Assembly (NCBI GenBank): GCA_051362555.1
Contig: CM120646.1
Span: forward strand, 22,692,001-22,756,000
From: Lingula anatina
Taxonomy: Eukaryota; Animalia; Brachiopoda
Reading direction: 5' to 3'
DNA length: 64,000 nucleotides
Numbering within the stretch: position 1 is the stretch's first letter; each line of letters starts with the position of its first letter. The position numbers and the translations under genes were made by a program. Of this stretch, positions 61,064-64,000 are shown one piece after another. The notes beneath the pieces were generated by a model. That model was not told the DNA's origin. It did no database searches and saw nothing but the letters and a program-made list of their open reading frames with translations.

Positions 61064-62299
61064 CTAACTGGCACTAACAAGTCTGTACGCTGGACTCAAG
61101 TAGTTTTTGGGGACCAACCCGACTTTCCCCGACAGCAGCCCGACCCACCACTGGTCATTGTCATACTCCTTGCTGACCACCAAGATTTGATCACCACGTT
61201 TGAACGTCAACTCATCACTTGTGTCGCCATGACAATCCCACAAGCCCCAGTATATGTTTGCCTTGCTGATGTTCTCCTTCTTGATAACAGGTGGTGCTAC
61301 ACTGGAAGTGCTGTTTTCAGTTGGGGCTGTCTTGGAATCTGACGGTGGGATAGGTGGCAGTGGTTCTCTGGCTCGTGGGGATTTGGGTAGGGATGGGAGT
61401 GTCCTGGACTGTGGCGCCTCTACTGGAGGTTTTAGGTTTGTATTTGGAACTGGTGTTTCACATTCATCATAGATATCTTCTGGTTCATCACCTTGTTCTT
61501 GAAATAAAGAAAATATATAATTAACAAAATAAAAAAAAAACTGTACTGAAATGTGATCAAAGAAAAACTAATGAGAAAAACATAAAGAACCTTTTCTTGT
61601 TTTAAAAATGAAAAGTACAAGAAAAGGTGAACTTGGAAAATTATAACAGTTTCCAATAAGTATAAAAACAAAAGCTGTTACGAAAAAAAAAATCTCAAAA
61701 CATATCACAAAACATGTCTTTCTCTCAAAACACATATTTTAAAAGCTGTTTAAAATTCTACTGCCTTACCTCCTGTATCATCATACAACTCCTCGGGCTC
61801 ATCTCCTGTTTTTATATCAGGGGTCGCTGACGGTGCCGAGGCAGCCTCATCATACACCTCCTCCGTCTGCACGGCACCTGAGCCTCCCTCGTCATACGTC
61901 TCCTCCTGCACCACATCTGTCTCCTCATAGAACTCCTCAGTGGGGGAGGGGGGAGGTTTTGGCAGAGCCTTGCTCTTGCCCCCTGGCTTCTGACGCATGT
62001 TTTCAGGCTGCAGGAAAAAATGGAATGATCATAAAAACGTGAAACTGTATATCTTAATTCCATGTAGCAATTTTAATACATGGCTTAATTTTTTTCCTTG
62101 CTTTTAGTATTTTCTCTACTAAAATTGTGCTCAATATGATGCACATTCATAGTTGTGTACAATCACACGAGAGCTAGTGCCCACATATGCATTCACACAA
62201 ACTCACACACACACACACACATACACACACAGACAGAGGCACGCACACACACACACACATACACACACACACATACACACACACAGACAGAGGCATGCA

Positions 62300-62337
<38 letters not shown>

Positions 62338-63338
62338 TACACACACATACACACACACACATACACACACAGACAGAGGCACGCACACACACACACACAC
62401 ACACATACACACACATACATACACACATACCTGTACACACACATACATACACACACATACACACACACACACATACACACACAGACAGAGGCACGCACAC
62501 ACACACACACACACACACATACACACACACACACATACACACACACACACACAGACAGAGGCATGCACACACACACACACATACACACACACACATACAC
62601 ACACATACATACACACACATACATACACATACACACACATACACACACACACACACAGACAGAGGCATGCACACACATACACACACATACACACACACAC
62701 ACATACACACACACACATACACACATACACACACACACACACATGCGCATGTTCACACACTCTGTTGTGATGGAGTTATCTCTATGTATTAATATACCTT
62801 TTGATTTGGCTCCTCATATTCATCATCATCATCTTCTTCTGCCGTGTTGTCAGGGAAGGCTGGAACAGATGTATCTTCCTCATCTGAACCTGGAGAACAG
62901 CAAGAGAATGTTTTTATACCAATATTTTCCAATATTCAGTAAGTATTCAGAACTCTTCAATTTCTGTAAAACAACATGTTCAAAATGTATGTGTGGGTGT
63001 GCGTGCATACATGTGTGATTTTTTCGTTTAGAAATTGACAAGTATTGATAAATCACAAAGTTGAGCAAAAAGCAGGCAGAAGGAGTTCCAGAAATACCAT
63101 AGATCATACTTAAAAGACCAAGAATCCCTGAGAATACCAAAAGAAGAGCAAGTGAATGCTTGTACCCATGCCATGTAGCAATACTGTAAATAAATAGAAA
63201 AACAGACCAATGCAACCTAAGCATACCTAGCTCCAGAGGATCTTTGCCAGCTGGCTCACTGCTGTTGGCGCCACTGTCACTAAACTTCCACAACACTTTC
63301 TTCCACTTTGTTAACTGCTCCTTATCTGGGGCTATAAA
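61064..63338 (-). CDS. SKAP2-like: SKAP2/SKAP55-like adaptor protein, 3' exons (end of probable PH domain, acidic Tyr motifs, C-terminal SH3); 5' part outside the window
   Basis: Exons (-): 63338-63227 (FIAPDKEQLTKWKKVL), 62883-62798, 62007-61770, 61497-61064. SH3 ANIYWGLWDCHGDTSDELTFKRGDQILVVSKEYDNDQWWVGLLSGKVGLVPKNY closely follows the SKAP family SH3 (GLWDC..DELSFKRGD..SKEY..WWVG..GLVPK.Y). Confidence 0.82.
62204..62742. repeat. ~540-bp compound (CA)n/(CATA) microsatellite with periodic CAGACAGAGGCA interruptions
   Basis: Directly visible; intronic in the SKAP2-like gene. Confidence 0.95.
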
Positions 63339-64000
63339 CTACAAAAATAAATAAATAAATGAGTGAACAAATGATTGACCAAATGAATTAAATAAATATA
63401 AATAAGTATAAATAAATGATGGTACCTCACTCATTAGCATCCTCACAGGTCTTGTAAATGTAAATGGAATATTCTCTCACTGTTGGCAGAATTTGCAAAA
63501 CACAATTATTTCTTCATCATGAAAAGGAGTTTAAATGTTGCTATATTTATTTACTGTGATAGGACTGATGGGTACTACAGTATATCTTCACAGGAAGGAA
63601 ATGTCTTGTATTTATATTGGTATGTACACTCATCAAGCCAGGACTTCTAATAAAAAAGGTTGTTATATGGAGTTTTAGACAACAGGTTCTTGATGGCAGT
63701 CATGGACGAAGGAAATGGACATGGGGGGGGGGGGGGGGGGGGGGGGGGGGGATTCAGACAGAGAACTGGTTATATGCACTTTTTGGACATTCTTTTTTAA
63801 ATGAAATCATTATGAAATGTCACATGATAAGAATGAAAAAAACAACTGATAAACATATAAATAAATAAATAAAAGGATCCATCTTACAAACAGCAGATTC
63901 AATAACTTACTTTATTGGAGGATACCTAGCAACAATCCCTAAAATACTACCTAAATGTGTCTATACATCTATCTGATTTTTACAAAATTAATGCATCAGT

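Noticed and set aside
62153-63018. His/Thr-rich and Cys/Val-rich ORFs in six frames
   Set aside because: Artefacts of the intronic (CA)n compound repeat.

Overview
Eukaryotic, AT-rich, intron-containing genomic DNA, most likely from a marine invertebrate (inferred from gene content and repeat types; species not determinable). Manual splicing (GT-AG, phase-checked) gives, in order: (1) an R3HDM1/2-ARPP21-encore-like R3H+SUZ RNA-binding gene (+, 9084-17673); (2) an intronless olfactomedin-domain pseudogene (~20705-21400); (3) two divergently oriented paralogous genes with single-exon CDSs encoding CARD-like + TPR-like helical + C-terminal transmembrane proteins (22518-24005 -, 31098-32609 +), with kB and IRF-like sites between them; (4) an 8-exon gene (38624-42358 +) encoding a DZIP3-type HEPN domain with an intact RxxxxH motif, a transmembrane helix and a non-catalytic peptidoglycan-recognition (PGRP) domain. 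This is the top candidate for an undescribed system: a receptor that could couple bacterial cell-wall sensing to an RNase; (5) a secreted EGF/SUEL-lectin-like/collagen gene (55242-44056 -) built by exact exon-block duplication; (6) the 3' part of a SKAP2-like adaptor gene (-, runs off the window end). Two Helentron-type (HINE) non-autonomous elements, several MITEs, a local tandem duplication and microsatellites fill the rest. Domain calls are from recalled family motifs; no database search was run.
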